In this document: piece after piece, positions 46,958 to 58,820 of the stretch
Numbering within the stretch: position 1 is the stretch's first letter
Layout of the letters: every line of letters starts with the position of its first letter
Origin: an uncultured delta proteobacterium
Lineage (GTDB): Bacteria > Desulfobacterota > Binatia > UBA9968
DNA: 64,000 nucleotides
Assembly: GCA_963840855.1 (NCBI GenBank)
Contig: CAWJBB010000046.1
Span: forward strand, 96,001-160,000
Reading direction: 5' to 3'
The notes under the pieces: generated by a model
Told to the model about the DNA's origin: nothing
Seen by the model: the letters and a program-made list of their open reading frames with translations, nothing else
The model's database searches: none
Program-made: the position numbers and the translations under genes

Positions 46958-48163
46958 GTTTGCCTCCCTTCGATGAGGGCCTCCATCAATCTGAAAGCCT
47001 CCTTCGCCACTATCCCTGTCTTGGCGGCATCTTTTTCGTTATATCCCACGGCGCCGTTGTTGCGCGGCTGGAGGGCGGAGTAGAGCACGAATGGCACTGG
47101 CTCGGCGACATGAGTCTTCAACGCAATGGACGTGGGATGATCGGGCATCAGCAAGACGCGCCAGTCCTTTCGATGCTCCATGCCTTTGAGCACGGTGCCC
47201 ACGACCTTTTCATCGAAATCTTCGAGGGCTTGAATTTTTGCCTTCACGTCACCCATATGGCCGGCCTCGTCGGTGGCTTCGACATGAATAAAAACAAAAT
47301 CGTTTTTTTCAAGCGAGCGAACACCATACTCGCCCTTGCCCTTGTAATTGGTATCGAGAAAGCCGGTGATGCCCGGAACATCGATGCGTTCCAAACCGGC
47401 GTAGACACCTAAGCCGTGAATAATATCGACGGCGGAGATCACCCCGCCCGTGATGCCGAAACGTTTGGTCAGCAAAGGCAGCTGTGGCGCCCTCCCCTGC
47501 CCCCAGAGCCAGATCGACGTTGCTTTTCGCCGCCCTTCAGCCTCGCGCTTTCTGTTCACGGCATGCTCGGCGAGAATGTTGCGTGATGCTTCCATGAGCT
47601 TGAGCAGGCGATCGGCGCCGTCACCGGTAGGAAGATAACCGGCGATTTTCTGCCCCGTGATGTCGTGGGGCGGAGTGGTCGTCATTTTTTCTTTGCCATC
47701 GCGCCAGACCATCAGGTGGCGGTAGCTCACGCCGGGAAAAAACTCGATGTCGTCGCCGCCGAGCTTGCGTCGCGATGTCATCGATGATTTCTTTGGCTTC
47801 CTCGCTGGAGATATGGCCGGCGGTGAAGTCTTCCATACTGGTTTCATGACCGCCACCGCTGAAGCTGACGAGGTTACAGCGGAACGCGATATCGTTCGGA
47901 CCGAGAGCAACGCCCATGCTCGCCGCTTCGAGCGGTGAACGCCCGGTGTGATAGACCGCGGGATCATAGCCCATGATGCTCATATTGCCCACGTCGCTAC
48001 CCGGCGGAAAGCCCTCGGGAATCACATGCGCCAGGCCAAATACGCCCCGCTGGGCGAGCCAATCCATGTTGGGCGTGCGGGCGGCTTCCAGAGGCGTTAT
48101 CCCGCCTAGAACTTCCAGCGGATAGTCCGCCATGCCGTCGCCTTGCAGGATGATGTACTTCAC
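46942..48163 (-). CDS. apgM: Cofactor-independent phosphoglycerate mutase (ApgM type), 1-nt frameshift ~47775
   Basis: [40 protein letters not shown]. Confidence 0.88.
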
Positions 48164-49545
48164 TTTGCTCCCCAGATCGGAAACCAAACCGGATCAACTA
48201 GGATATAGTCTCGATTGCTGAGAGAATCCAGAGCCTTGCGCATTTGCCGGACCGTAGCCCGCTCGAGTGTCATCACGAAAGGCAAAACTTCCTGCAGTCT
48301 TTGTTTAAGTTTGTAACTTTGCGCGAGCCAGCGCACTTCTTCTTCGGTATGCCGCATTTGCCAAATCTCCGATATGTTAACGCCGATGCGGCCGAAGGTC
48401 CGACCGATATCGCCGACGATGCCGGCGCGGTCCCTAACGACTAAACGGAGGTAAAAGGAACCGTCGATTTCATCATCGGACTGAATTTTCAAAGTTCCCG
48501 GCGGGATCAGACTGGGGGCGCCGGAGGACTTACGCCCGCCGCGTGCCAATTCACAAACGTCGCCGAGCACCGCCACCGCGGTCGGCCCTCCACCCGCCCC
48601 AGGACCGACGAGAACATAATCGCAGTCACGCTCGCCGCGGCCGCCGCTGCTGCTCCTGGCGGCAAAACAGACCGCATTCGTCGCGCCGTCAATGCTCGCC
48701 AGAATATTGTCTCGCGGCACCAACACTGGAGAAACAAAGGCCTGGACGGACTGGTTGTTTCGTCGGGCCACGGCAAGCTGTTTGATCGTGCTCGGACCGA
48801 TTCTCTGGGCGTAGCGAAAATCCACCGCGTGAATCTCTTCAATGCTTTTTCGCCAAATCGTCCCCGGTTGGATTTGCAATCCAAACGCGACGAATAAAAG
48901 CAGTAGCAACTTTGCTTCGGCGTCACTGCCGTTAACATCCGATGCCGGATTAGTTTCGGCGTAACCCTTTTGCTGCGCTTCCCGCAACGCTTCGGCGTAC
49001 GCTTTCCCGCCCTTTTCCATTTGCGAGAGGATGTAATTGCAAGTGCCGTTGACTATGCCGAAGACCGCTTCCGGCGTTTCCACGGCGAAGCTTTCGCTCA
49101 AAGAGCGAATGACCGGGATACCCCCACCGACGCAGGCTTCAAACCGGAGTTGCTGGCCACTTTTTTGCGCCGCCGCCCAGATCTCTTTGCCGTAGCGCGC
49201 CAAGACGGCCTTGTCAGAGGTTACGACGGATTTGCCGTTGCGGAAAGCCCGCAGCAAATAATCTCTGAACACCGGCAATTGCGATGGGCTCTGAAATCCC
49301 AGCGCTTCAATCACGATGTCGACGCTTGGATCGTCCAGCACATGCTCCGCTTTATTGGTAAAAAGCGCGGGCCGCTTCGAAAACCATTTTTTGCGCTTAG
49401 GACTGCGCGTATAGATTTTTCTGATTACGAGATCGACGTCGGCGCCCACTTCGCCCTTGAGGTCGTGAAACAGAATGTCCTGGATCGCTTCGCCGACGAC
49501 TCCCGAACCGAGCAAACCGATGCCGATCTTGCGACGTTTGTTCAC
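48160..49545 (-). CDS. hom: Homoserine dehydrogenase with ACT domain
   Basis: [44 protein letters not shown]. Confidence 0.92.
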   Translation of the reverse strand: MNKRRKIGIGLLGSGVVGEAIQDILFHDLKGEVGADVDLVIRKIYTRSPKRKKWFSKRPALFTNKAEHVLDDPSVDIVIEALGFQSPSQLPVFRDYLLRAFRNGKSVVTSDKAVLARYGKEIWAAAQKSGQQLRFEACVGGGIPVIRSLSESFAVETPEAVFGIVNGTCNYILSQMEKGGKAYAEALREAQQKGYAETNPASDVNGSDAEAKLLLLLFVAFGLQIQPGTIWRKSIEEIHAVDFRYAQRIGPSTIKQLAVARRNNQSVQAFVSPVLVPRDNILASIDGATNAVCFAARSSSGGRGERDCDYVLVGPGAGGGPTAVAVLGDVCELARGGRKSSGAPSLIPPGTLKIQSDDEIDGSFYLRLVVRDRAGIVGDIGRTFGRIGVNISEIWQMRHTEEEVRWLAQSYKLKQRLQEVLPFVMTLERATVRQMRKALDSLSNRDYILVDPVWFPIWGAK

Positions 49546-49599
49546 GGGTGCCTATACCTAAATCCGGAGCGAATTGGAGTATTATGTTAGCGCCGCCTG

Positions 49600-50778
49600 C
49601 TAGTCCAGTAGTTTGCCCAACGCCCGCTTGATGTTGCGCACCGCCTGCTTGGTGCGATGCTCGTTTTCAATGAGCGCGAAGCGCACATGCTCGTCGCCGT
49701 ACTGGCCGAAGCCGATGCCCGGTGAGACCGCCACCTTCGCTTCTTGCAAAAGATATTTCGAAAATTCAACGGAACCCATTTTTTTCGCCGGCTCGGGAAT
49801 CTCCGCCCACACGAACATGGTGCCTTTGGGTTTATCTATTTTCCACCCCGCGCGGTCCAGGCCGTCGATCAGGGAGTCGCGCCGTTTTTGGTACATGAGG
49901 CGGATCTCTTCGACGCAATCCTGCGGGCCGTTGAGCGCCTGGATCGCGGCGATCTGCACCGGTTGAAAGATCCCATAGTCGAGATAACTCTTGATGCGCG
50001 CCAGAGCGTGGATAACGTTTTTATTGCCCACGGCGAATCCGACCCGCCAGCCGGGCATGTTGTAACTCTTCGAAAGCGAGAAAAATTCCACGCCGACATC
50101 CTTGGCGCCCGCTACCTGCAGAAAACTCGGCGCTTGGTAGCCGTCGAAGGTCAGATCGGCGTAGGCGAAATCATGGACGACGATAAAACCATGCTCCCGC
50201 GCTGCGCGCACCACGCGCTCGAAGAAATTCAGCTCGACGACTTCCGTCGTCGGGTTATGCGGAAAACTGATGATCAGCATCTTCGGCTTCGGCCAGGTCT
50301 GCTTGATCGCCTCTTCGAGGTGGGCGAAAAAAGCCTCGCTGGTCGTCAACGGCAGGCAACGCAGATCACCGCCGGCCAAGATCACGGCGAATTGGTGGAT
50401 CGGGTAAGTCGGGCTCGGGCATAAGACCACGTCGCCAGGGTCGATGGTGGCCCAGGCGAGATGCGACAGGCCTTCCTTGGCGCCGATGGTGACGATGGCT
50501 TCAGCGTCGGGATCGACATCAACCCGATAGCGGCGCTTGTACCAGGCGCAGATCGCAACTCGCAATTTATATATGCCGCGCGATACTGAGTAGCGGTGGT
50601 TTTGCGGCTTGGCTGCGGCTTCAACCAGCTTGGCCACCACATGGGGCGGCGTTGGCAGGTCTGGGTTGCCCATGCCGAAATCGACGATATCCTCACCCCG
50701 GTGGCGCGCCGCCATTTTCATGCCGTCGATGATGCTGAAAACGTAGGGTGGGAGCCTCTTGATCCGCTGGAATTCCAC
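49600..50778 (-). CDS. PLP-dependent class I/II aminotransferase (AlaC-like)
   Basis: [38 protein letters not shown]. Confidence 0.9.
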   Translation of the reverse strand: MEFQRIKRLPPYVFSIIDGMKMAARHRGEDIVDFGMGNPDLPTPPHVVAKLVEAAAKPQNHRYSVSRGIYKLRVAICAWYKRRYRVDVDPDAEAIVTIGAKEGLSHLAWATIDPGDVVLCPSPTYPIHQFAVILAGGDLRCLPLTTSEAFFAHLEEAIKQTWPKPKMLIISFPHNPTTEVVELNFFERVVRAAREHGFIVVHDFAYADLTFDGYQAPSFLQVAGAKDVGVEFFSLSKSYNMPGWRVGFAVGNKNVIHALARIKSYLDYGIFQPVQIAAIQALNGPQDCVEEIRLMYQKRRDSLIDGLDRAGWKIDKPKGTMFVWAEIPEPAKKMGSVEFSKYLLQEAKVAVSPGIGFGQYGDEHVRFALIENEHRTKQAVRNIKRALGKLLD

Positions 50779-50972
50779 GCGCCGCTACCTTGACCTTTCT
50801 AAAACGACGATATTTTTCAAAACTATAAGGCATGATGGTAATTCCTGCAACTATGTCTTGCCGCTGTACGCTCCCGCCTCTTTCCTCTCCTGCTTGCAGG
50901 ATGAAGGACGAGGATCACCGCACGACCGTAGTGTTCATCGAGGATTTGGCGGAATTTTCTCCCGAACCTAAC

Positions 50973-51428
50973 TCAATGCCGTTGTATTTCATGCAGAGCT
51001 TTCAGGAGTCCGGGGCCATCGGCGACGCTCAACTCAAGAAGCTCTTCGGCGCCGGTTCGATGGCGATATCGAATGGCCACCCGTGTGCTAAGAGAATTCT
51101 TTTCGCTTTCACGAGTCTCTAGGATAGTTCTTCCAGGAACCCGGTGATCCCATCCAAAGCCTTCGGCGAAAAACATCAAATTAAAAGGGAAGTGTGGGCT
51201 GACATGCAACGTGTCTTTCGTTACCGCCACCCAGAGAATATGATTGGCGCTCACCAGCCGGGCCAGAAGGCTGCGATCGGATCGTCCAGAGCGCCATGTT
51301 TCAGAAAAACGAAGCTCGGCGAATTGCGGCCGCAAAATCGGCTTTGCGTTATGCAGTCGATAGACGATCGAGCCGGTTGCCAATGCACAGCAGAATATCG
51401 CGCCCAGGCCTATCAGTTTAAAGAACAT
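50973..51428 (-). CDS. Membrane-anchored hypothetical protein
   Basis: N-terminal TM; FSETWRSGRS...LHVSPHFPFNL. Confidence 0.6.
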   Translation of the reverse strand: MFFKLIGLGAIFCCALATGSIVYRLHNAKPILRPQFAELRFSETWRSGRSDRSLLARLVSANHILWVAVTKDTLHVSPHFPFNLMFFAEGFGWDHRVPGRTILETRESEKNSLSTRVAIRYRHRTGAEELLELSVADGPGLLKALHEIQRH

Positions 51429-51570
51429 TGGAACGACGGATTGAGACGACTTTTCAAGTCGTCTCAATCCTTGTGGGCCGGCACTGATTCACGGATAGAG
51501 TAACGGTCTAACGAGACGGGGCGGTTGGAGAGACTGTTGTAGAGGCCAAATCCAACCGTTGCGAAACTCT

Positions 51571-52195
51571 TCACCCGATGTTTGTTCTGCGCAGTCTTCT
51601 CATCATAGCCATTACCCCAAGACCTGTTCCCAATAGCAAGAACGTTGCGGGCTCCGGAAGGGTTTCCGCCCTGGTGTTCGTGAAGAAAAATTTGAGATCG
51701 TCGTAATCCAGATCCCCGCCACCGAAGACATCTTCGAAACCTACATAGGTAGCATTCAGTGCATACTGGCCATCCACGAACGCATGAGCAATACTATCCG
51801 GGTTGCGGCTCGCCGCGCCCGTGAAGTAGTTCCGCGGCGTGAGGTCCCCTTTCCCGCTCTCGTGACGCATAGAGCCGAAATAGCAGCTCTGTGCCCGCAG
51901 TGAATGTCCCCAGGTTAAACGTCGTGCCAACGGGGGTGGTATGGTTGTTAAAAATGAGGCCCATGCCGTTGGTCGGGCTACCGAGATAAAGATCGTTCGA
52001 TATGCGCGCGGTGTGTCCCAGATAAGTGGCCGTCACATTGCCAGTGGTGTTGACGATCACGTTGGCGCCGAGTATCGGGACCGCCATAGACTCGGTGTGC
52101 CAAGCCACCGTACCGAAAGCCATCAAAGCGATCACCGTGGCACGGATTCCAGTTAGTAAGCTCATTAAACCTCGAATTGTCAAATACGTTGTCAT
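51571..52195 (-). CDS. PEP-CTERM sorting domain protein (frameshift ~51868)
   Basis: Signal peptide; VGFEDVFGGGDLDYDD; LPEPATFLLLGTGL...RRLRR C-terminus. Confidence 0.8.
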
Positions 52196-52239
52196 GCTGC
52201 CTTCCAGCTCAGTGTGAAAAGTTCTTGCACTTGCTTTAG

Positions 52240-52255
52240 AGCAAAAGGACGGCCA
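52240..52255 (-). promoter_or_regulatory. Sigma54 -24/-12 promoter
   Basis: TGGC-CGTCCTT-TTGCT about 45 bp upstream of the PEP-CTERM gene; this class is known to be sigma54/PrsR-linked. Confidence 0.55.
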
Positions 52256-52746
52256 CCCATCCCAGGTGGCCATTTATTGACTCGCGAAATTGGCACACTC
52301 GACTAGGAATATGATGGCAAAATTTGCCTTCTTACTTTCTTATCCGTGTCCAAACTTAAATCAAATAAAACAATGATTTATACTGTAAAGGAGATGTAAC
52401 TGTTGCGTGAAATTTTCCGCCAGAACTCGGTTATCAGCTTGTACGTGTAACTTATTGAATTAGCGTGCCTCGTGATTAGCTTGGGCGGCGGCTAAGTGAT
52501 AACACAGTATACGCTATGCGAGGTCTTACAGGCGGGTATGCTAGCCCGGATCGCACTCGATCTTTGTAATTCGGGTGAAAATGTATCGATGTTTTAAAGT
52601 TTACCCGATTAGGATGCGATTTTTTGCGTGGTCCAAGTCATGCGGATCAAACAACGTGCCGAGGGCTACTCGTGATATAAGTCTTTTACCCAGTTGAGGA
52701 ATTCGTGGCGGTGTGGGGGTGAGATAAAATCTTGGATGTCCCGCCC

Positions 52747-53760
52747 TCAGCGGAAGGCCGGCATCACTTCTTTGGCAAAAAGCCGCATCGACTTTGTGAT
52801 CACAGCATGGGGGATACCGCCGAAATTGAAAGTCGTCGTGAGGGTGTCAAAGTAATAATGTGCCGTGGCGTTGTGAATGCCCTGGATGACCTGGTCGGGA
52901 GTCCCGTAATTGTTGCGCCCGGTGGCGAGCATCATGTCCCAATCATACTCGGCTGGTGTTACAGTTGACGATCTACGCCCGATGCGTGAAATCGCGTCGT
53001 AGCGGCTGATGGCAGATGTGGCGATCGCCTTTGCGCGTTCGTCACTTTCATTTACATGTGTGCGCACGTGAAATTGGCAATGTTTCTGTTTCGGATCGAA
53101 GCCGGCTTCGATTAACCCTTGTTTCCAGGCTTCAACCGCAGGTCGTACCTTCTCCGGCGCATGCGGATGGCCCACAGTCATGATGTTATAACCGTTTCGT
53201 CCGGCCCATCCCAATCCTTCCGCCGAAGTGCCCGCCACCCAGATCGGCGGATGGGGCTGCTGCATCGGCCTCGGGTAAAGTGTCAGTTCTTCGAACTGCC
53301 AGAAATTTCCCCGGTGGCTTGCCCGCTCGTTGCCCCATGTTTTTAGGATCACATCCAGGGCTTCGTGCAACCGCTGCCGGTCGTTTTCCCGAGTGACACC
53401 GAACACCCTATAGTCCATCTCGGTATTGCCGGATCCGATGCCGAACTCCAGCCGCCCACCTGAAATGGCATCCACCATGGCGTAGTCTTCGGCGCTGACC
53501 AGCGGATGGCGCAACGGCAAAATCGCAATGCACGGTCCCAGGCGGATGCGTGTGGTGCGCGCGGCAGCCGCAGCCAGAAGTACCGCCGGATTGGCGACCA
53601 GCCCGCCGTAGCCGAGAAAATGGTGCTCGTTGAACATGAAACATTCCCACCCTAACTCCTCGGCTAATTCCACCTCTTCGAGCACCTGCCGATAATAAAC
53701 ATCGTAGGACGGATCGATCTCAGGATGGTAGGTGGTCAGAATATTGATATAGAAACGCAC
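52747..53760 (-). CDS. LLM class flavin-dependent oxidoreductase
   Basis: AEELGW...EHHF, TTRIRLG, SGGRLEFGIGSG, PMQQPHPPIW. Confidence 0.9.
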   Translation of the reverse strand: MRFYINILTTYHPEIDPSYDVYYRQVLEEVELAEELGWECFMFNEHHFLGYGGLVANPAVLLAAAAARTTRIRLGPCIAILPLRHPLVSAEDYAMVDAISGGRLEFGIGSGNTEMDYRVFGVTRENDRQRLHEALDVILKTWGNERASHRGNFWQFEELTLYPRPMQQPHPPIWVAGTSAEGLGWAGRNGYNIMTVGHPHAPEKVRPAVEAWKQGLIEAGFDPKQKHCQFHVRTHVNESDERAKAIATSAISRYDAISRIGRRSSTVTPAEYDWDMMLATGRNNYGTPDQVIQGIHNATAHYYFDTLTTTFNFGGIPHAVITKSMRLFAKEVMPAFR

Positions 53761-53776
53761 AAGCGACCTTTCGCTG

Positions 53777-53874
53777 GTTCAAAGTTCAACGTTCAAGGTT
53801 CAAAGTTAGGAATACGGGCAACGGCTCGATAAAGCTCCGAAGTACGTTGAACATTGAACCTTGAACGTTGAACC
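53777..53874. repeat. Intergenic palindromic 7-mer array
   Basis: (GTTCAAN)x4 ... (NTTGAAC)x4. Confidence 0.65.
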
Positions 53875-53945
53875 GCCATGGCGCCTTTGCTGTGTGAGAT
53901 TCGGCTTTGTATCTGCACGGCACGTGACCGTTTACAATAGGTAGA

Positions 53946-54891
53946 TCACCTAGGGCAAGCCATGGCGATGACTTCCTTGGCCATCCACTCCATCCGTTCG
54001 AGGGTTTCGGTGATATTTGGACGGCGCACATCAAAAATCATCGTGTCCACGCCCACGTCGCGGTATGCGCAAATGTCGGATGCGATCTCTTCAGCGCTGC
54101 CCATGAAACGCCGCCTGCGCCCTTCTATCTTCTTTTCTTTGTCGAACAGAGATCCTTTAAGCGCGACGCGGATCTTTTTTGGGTCTCGTCCGGCGGCTTT
54201 GGCGAATTCGGCGAGCAGCGTGAGATCCCGATTCATGTCTTCGGGTTCCAGCGGAATCGTCGGCACACCGCCGATGGGATGCCAGCCATCGCCGAGTCGG
54301 GCGGCGCGGCGAATCGCCTGCCTGCTATGGCCGCCGATCCAAATGGGAATTGCCGGTTGCTGCACCGGTTTGGGAAGAAAAATAACATCGGAGAAGTTGC
54401 AGTATTTGCCGTCAAACGAAGGGTTGTCCTTGGTCCATAGCTCGCGGAACGCCTGAATATACTCATCGGTCACTTTGCCGCGGTCCGCGAAAGCTTGGCG
54501 CTTGCAGGTTTTCGAACTCTTCCTTCATCCAGCCGACGCCGAGACCGACAATCACCCTGCCCTGCGACAACACGTCGAGGCTCGCGAGCATCTTAGCGGT
54601 GATAATCGGATTACGATACGGCGCGATCATGACGCTGGTGATAAATCGGATCCGATGGGTCGCGCCGGCCAGAAAGCCCATCGTCATCAGCGCTTCGAGA
54701 TGATAACCGGTGCCGGGATACTTGCCGTCAACGGTATAAGGGTAAGGGACCGAGATATTTTTTGGCACGATCACATGGTCGGCGACGGTGATGCAATAAA
54801 AGCCCAGCGCTTCGGCGTTCTGGGCAAAACGAATCAGATCTGCCGCTTTCACGCCGGCGCTTGAGGCGGGCAAATGCAGTCCAAACTCCAT
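53946..54891 (-). CDS. LLM class (F420-dependent-type) oxidoreductase, 1-nt frameshift ~54495
   Basis: VADHVIVP, LDVLSQGR...GVGWMKEEF, then PKPVQQP.IPIWIGG..RRAARLGDGW. Confidence 0.85.
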
Positions 54892-54932
54892 GCGAAGTCT
54901 CCTGTTGTGCGTGGGGTAGTGGATTTAGCCGG

Positions 54933-55496
54933 TTAAACGGATATCGTTTCGCGAGTTTCAGTCGCAAGCACAATTGGGTCACCGACTCGAATCAGGCCGT
55001 CGCTTATGATGGCGGCTTTGAGGCCGCTGCGATGTTCCAACGCTTTGAAAATACCCGGCAGGCCGGAAAGCTTCGCCAGATGGCCGCAGGGCTCAAACAG
55101 CCTTATGCCGCGCAAGCGCACGTGGCCGACGGTAAACTCACGTTGCAGCAAGTCGACCAGTGGCACGCCGCGAGTGACGATATTGCGCCGGCTAATTTGC
55201 GCCAAAGATTCGACGCCCAGTTCAGCCGCCACGGCGTCGAGGGTTTCCGCTTCGATCAGGCTCACCGCTTTATCGGGGCGGTTGAGCGCCTGCCATGAGT
55301 CGCGAAAAAATCGATCCCCTTCAAGGCCGCGGTCGGCGAAGGCCCGCACCTGCGGCACCGAAACCATCTCTTCGGCGGCCCTGGGGGTGATAAAAATCGC
55401 GACCACGCTTGCTTGCCAATTTGCCGTTGAGCATTTAAAGCCGCGCCAAATCTCCGGCGGGGTTTCCCAAGGATACTCTTGCTCACTTTGCGCCAT
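54933..55496 (-). CDS. MOSC domain-containing protein
   Basis: GLEGDR, RRNIVTRG, EPCGHL, GLKA.I...G.IRVGD. Confidence 0.88.
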   Translation of the reverse strand: MAQSEQEYPWETPPEIWRGFKCSTANWQASVVAIFITPRAAEEMVSVPQVRAFADRGLEGDRFFRDSWQALNRPDKAVSLIEAETLDAVAAELGVESLAQISRRNIVTRGVPLVDLLQREFTVGHVRLRGIRLFEPCGHLAKLSGLPGIFKALEHRSGLKAAIISDGLIRVGDPIVLATETRETISV

Positions 55497-55512
55497 GTTC
55501 CACCTCCAAAAC

Positions 55513-55547
55513 GACACAGGCCACTGAGGAGTTCAGTGGCCTGTGTC
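55513..55547 (-). terminator. 15-bp inverted repeat, probable terminator
   Basis: GACACAGGCCACTGA-GGAGT-TCAGTGGCCTGTGTC, followed by GTTTT on the minus strand. Confidence 0.55.
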
Positions 55548-55695
55548 CAGGTCGTTGATTTCTCGCGATGACTGCGAGTGCTGTCGCTCATCCGGCCGAG
55601 TCGGCGAAATACCGCGTATCCTCGACCGGCGGCACCGTTTTGTTCTCCGCGGAATCCGCCGGTTGCATGGATGCTCCCCTCAATTTCTGGACCTA

Positions 55696-56754
55696 TTAGT
55701 TAATACCGTCAACCTTCAGGTGATAGAGGTCGATGACGTTGTTGCGCACAACTTTGTCGATGGTCGCCTTGGGCAAGTGTCCCAGTTCTCTCGCGATCAC
55801 GCTGCGTGAGTGCGGCCAGGTCGATGCCGCGTGGGGATAGTCGCTCGACCACATGAAGTTATCCTGGCCGAAATCTTCCATTAAACGGCCGCCCGCCGGA
55901 TCGCTGAAGAACGTCGCGAAAACTTGCTCTTGGACGTATTCGCTGGGCAGCTTCTTCATATAGGGAAGCGGCGCTTTGGGACTATGACGGACGTAGTATT
56001 TGTCCCACTCGTGACAATAGAACGGGATCCAGCCCACTTCGTTTTCGACATAGACAAGTTTCAGTTTGGGGTAGCGCGCCAGAGCGCCGCCAAACACGAA
56101 ATCGAACAAAACATTCGCCGCATCCGCGAGCTTCTGGTTTACCGTCATGCGGTACGTATCCAAGCCCTTGCGATCGAAGCGGCTGTAATTAAACCCGGTC
56201 AATATATGCACGTTGACCGGCATGTCGAGTTCCGACGCCGCTTCCCAGAAGGGATAGTAGTAGTCGCTGGTAAACGGTAAATGATCGGGCGGCACCTGCC
56301 AGATCATGCAACCGATCATGCCGGCTTTCTTGCAGCGTTCGAGCTCCTTGATGGCGTTCGGGATGTTGTACATCGAGATACTCGGAATACCAAAAAGTCG
56401 GCCCGGGGCGACTTTGCAATAGTCGCTCATCCAGTCGTTGGCGATCTGAAAACAGCTTTCCTGCAGTTCGGCGTCTTCCAAGGCATAGAGGCGAAGCCCA
56501 AAGGTCGGATATAAAACTTCGGCGCTGACGCCATCCACAGCCATCTCATCCAAGCGCGCTGTTGGATTCCAGCCCCCGGGTTTCTCGCCGGGCGAGTTGC
56601 GCGGTGGAAACTTAGGAAATTTAGCTCGTAACGAAGGTGTAAGACTCTTTTCCCAGAGATCGACCGGCTCCATGATATGGGAATCCGACGAGACGATTTT
56701 GTCGTTACCGAGTACCTGTTCCGCCGTTCTGGTGGCGTGGGTGGCTGTGCTCAT
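55696..56754 (-). CDS. Amidohydrolase_2 family protein
   Basis: SSDSHIME, PVNVH, WSSDYPH. Confidence 0.9.
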   Translation of the reverse strand: MSTATHATRTAEQVLGNDKIVSSDSHIMEPVDLWEKSLTPSLRAKFPKFPPRNSPGEKPGGWNPTARLDEMAVDGVSAEVLYPTFGLRLYALEDAELQESCFQIANDWMSDYCKVAPGRLFGIPSISMYNIPNAIKELERCKKAGMIGCMIWQVPPDHLPFTSDYYYPFWEAASELDMPVNVHILTGFNYSRFDRKGLDTYRMTVNQKLADAANVLFDFVFGGALARYPKLKLVYVENEVGWIPFYCHEWDKYYVRHSPKAPLPYMKKLPSEYVQEQVFATFFSDPAGGRLMEDFGQDNFMWSSDYPHAASTWPHSRSVIARELGHLPKATIDKVVRNNVIDLYHLKVDGIN

Positions 56755-56898
56755 AGTGTTGCCCTCCTGTGATTAAAGCTTATTGTTTCCCACTTTTATT
56801 CCTTTTAATTTTAATTGTCCAGGGTAACCTACGCGTGTCGGCAAAATCCCGAACGCAATTGGACAATCACCCTGCCTTGCGTTAAACCTTTTCTAAAC

Positions 56899-57750
56899 AT
56901 GACAGGAAAATTTTGCTTTCTTTGGCTGTATCTTTGCTTGTTCGCCTTGGGATTCCCATCCTTGGGGCTGCCCGGGGTGGCGGAAAACGCCTTCAACGAC
57001 GGCGTTAAGCTTTACCGGGCGGGCAAGTATAAAGATGCCATCGCCGCCTATGACCGTGCCATCAAGGCCGCGCCGAACTACGCCGATGCGTACAACCAGC
57101 GGGGCCTGGCTTATTTCAAGCTTGGCGACTACGCTAACGCGATAAAAAACTCCGAGCAAGCGCTGAAGCTCGACCCAAAACTCATCGACGCGCAGGTCAA
57201 TCGCGGCAACGCGCACTTCGGCCAAAAACAATATGATCGCGCGATAAAAGACTATGACGAAATTGTCAAACAGAAACCACAAGCGCCTGGACTATACTTC
57301 CAGCGCGGCTTGGCTTACTCCGCTTTGGGTCAGCATGAAAAAGCGATCCAAGATTTCAACCAGGCGCAAAAACTCGATCCCAAAGACCCCGATGTTTATC
57401 AGAGCCGCGGCCTCGCCTACCGCCGCATCGGGCGTCATGAAGACGCGATCAAAGACTACAGTGAAGCGATCAGGCTCGATGCCAAAAATGCCGAATCCTA
57501 CAATAACCGCGCCAACGTCTACTCCCTTTTGGGCAAATACGATCTCGCGCTTAAAGACTTTGATGAAGCCGTTAAAATCGATTCAAAAAACGCCAGGATT
57601 TTCGCCAACCGCGGCGCGATAAAACTCCGGCTCGGCAGGGTCGGCGAAGCCGAGAAAGATCTCAAGCGGGCCATAGAGCTGGACCCAAGTCTCAAGGACA
57701 AGCTTGAAGCGCTCACGAGCGAGACAAAAGCGCCATCCGAGAAACGGTGA
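56899..57750 (+). CDS. Secreted TPR repeat protein
   Basis: Signal peptide and ~7 34-aa AY.NRG...AI.D...AI.L.P repeats. Confidence 0.9.
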   Translation: MTGKFCFLWLYLCLFALGFPSLGLPGVAENAFNDGVKLYRAGKYKDAIAAYDRAIKAAPNYADAYNQRGLAYFKLGDYANAIKNSEQALKLDPKLIDAQVNRGNAHFGQKQYDRAIKDYDEIVKQKPQAPGLYFQRGLAYSALGQHEKAIQDFNQAQKLDPKDPDVYQSRGLAYRRIGRHEDAIKDYSEAIRLDAKNAESYNNRANVYSLLGKYDLALKDFDEAVKIDSKNARIFANRGAIKLRLGRVGEAEKDLKRAIELDPSLKDKLEALTSETKAPSEKR

Positions 57751-58820
57751 CAACTATGCAACGAGCGATCGCCGGGCTCATTCTAATGTCTTTACTCTCT
57801 TGGTTGGACTTCGCGCCGACGTGGGCTGCGCAAACTCAGGGGGAGCTCGATGCCCTCAATGAAGGGCTCAAATTGCACGAGGCCGGAAAACCTAAGGAAG
57901 CGATCCGTGAGTACGACCGCGCCATCAAAGCCAATCCTAAACTTGCCGAGGCTTATTTCAACCGGGGCAATGCTCACTATGACCTCGGCCAAAACATGCA
58001 AGCGTTGCGGGACTACAACGAAGTCCTGCGTTTCAATCCGAAAGACGTTGAAGCGTTGTACAACCGGGGCAATACTAACCGGCGCCTCAAAAAAGATGAT
58101 TTAGCTTTGAAGGACTTCGACGCCGCTATCAAGCTCAACCCCGATGACGCGAAAATTTACGTCAATCGCGGTGCCATCCATTTCGACGCGAAACACTACG
58201 ATCTGGCGGTAAAGGATTACAGCGAGGCGATCCGCCTGGATCCGAACAACCCTGAAAATTATTATAACCGGGGCAACGGCCTTCTGGCGCTGGACAAGAA
58301 AGAAGATGCCATCAAAGACTACGACCAGGCGCTCAACCTCGATGCCGCGTTAACGGAGGCGTATTACAATCGCGGCATCGCCCGCGCCGACGCCGGCCAG
58401 TTTGACCGAGCGATTCAGGACTTCAACCAGGTGTTGAATCTGAATCCCAAGTCGGCCCATGCTTTTTACAATCGCGCTTTAGCCAAAACAAAGTTGGGCC
58501 ACCATGAAGCGGCGATCGAGGACTATAGCGAAGTCATCCGCCTCGATCCCAAAGATCCGGAAGCTGTTTTCAATCGCGGGCTCGCTTATTTGAAAACTGA
58601 AAAATACGATCGCGCCGCGCGGGATTTCACCGAAGTGATCCGCATGCAGCCGAGCAACGCCGATGCGCATATCTACCGGGGCGTACTTAGACTCTACCAG
58701 AACAAAGACAAAGACGCGGAGGCGGACTTTAAGAAAGCATTTCAGCTTAACCCTGGGCTCAAGAAAAAGTTACAGCCGTTCATCGACGAGGCCAGAGCCA
58801 AGGCTCGAGCAAAGGATTGA
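57747..58820 (+). CDS. Secreted TPR repeat protein
   Basis: Signal peptide and ~9 TPR repeats; GTGA overlap with the upstream paralog. Confidence 0.9.
   Translation: MTTMQRAIAGLILMSLLSWLDFAPTWAAQTQGELDALNEGLKLHEAGKPKEAIREYDRAIKANPKLAEAYFNRGNAHYDLGQNMQALRDYNEVLRFNPKDVEALYNRGNTNRRLKKDDLALKDFDAAIKLNPDDAKIYVNRGAIHFDAKHYDLAVKDYSEAIRLDPNNPENYYNRGNGLLALDKKEDAIKDYDQALNLDAALTEAYYNRGIARADAGQFDRAIQDFNQVLNLNPKSAHAFYNRALAKTKLGHHEAAIEDYSEVIRLDPKDPEAVFNRGLAYLKTEKYDRAARDFTEVIRMQPSNADAHIYRGVLRLYQNKDKDAEADFKKAFQLNPGLKKKLQPFIDEARAKARAKD

Noticed and set aside
47740-47800. Programmed frameshifting in apgM and other split genes
   Set aside because: No slippery heptamers or stimulatory structures; scattered single-base indels are better explained by sequencing error.
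56990-58760. 102-nt periodicity
   Set aside because: Explained by ordinary TPR coding repeats.
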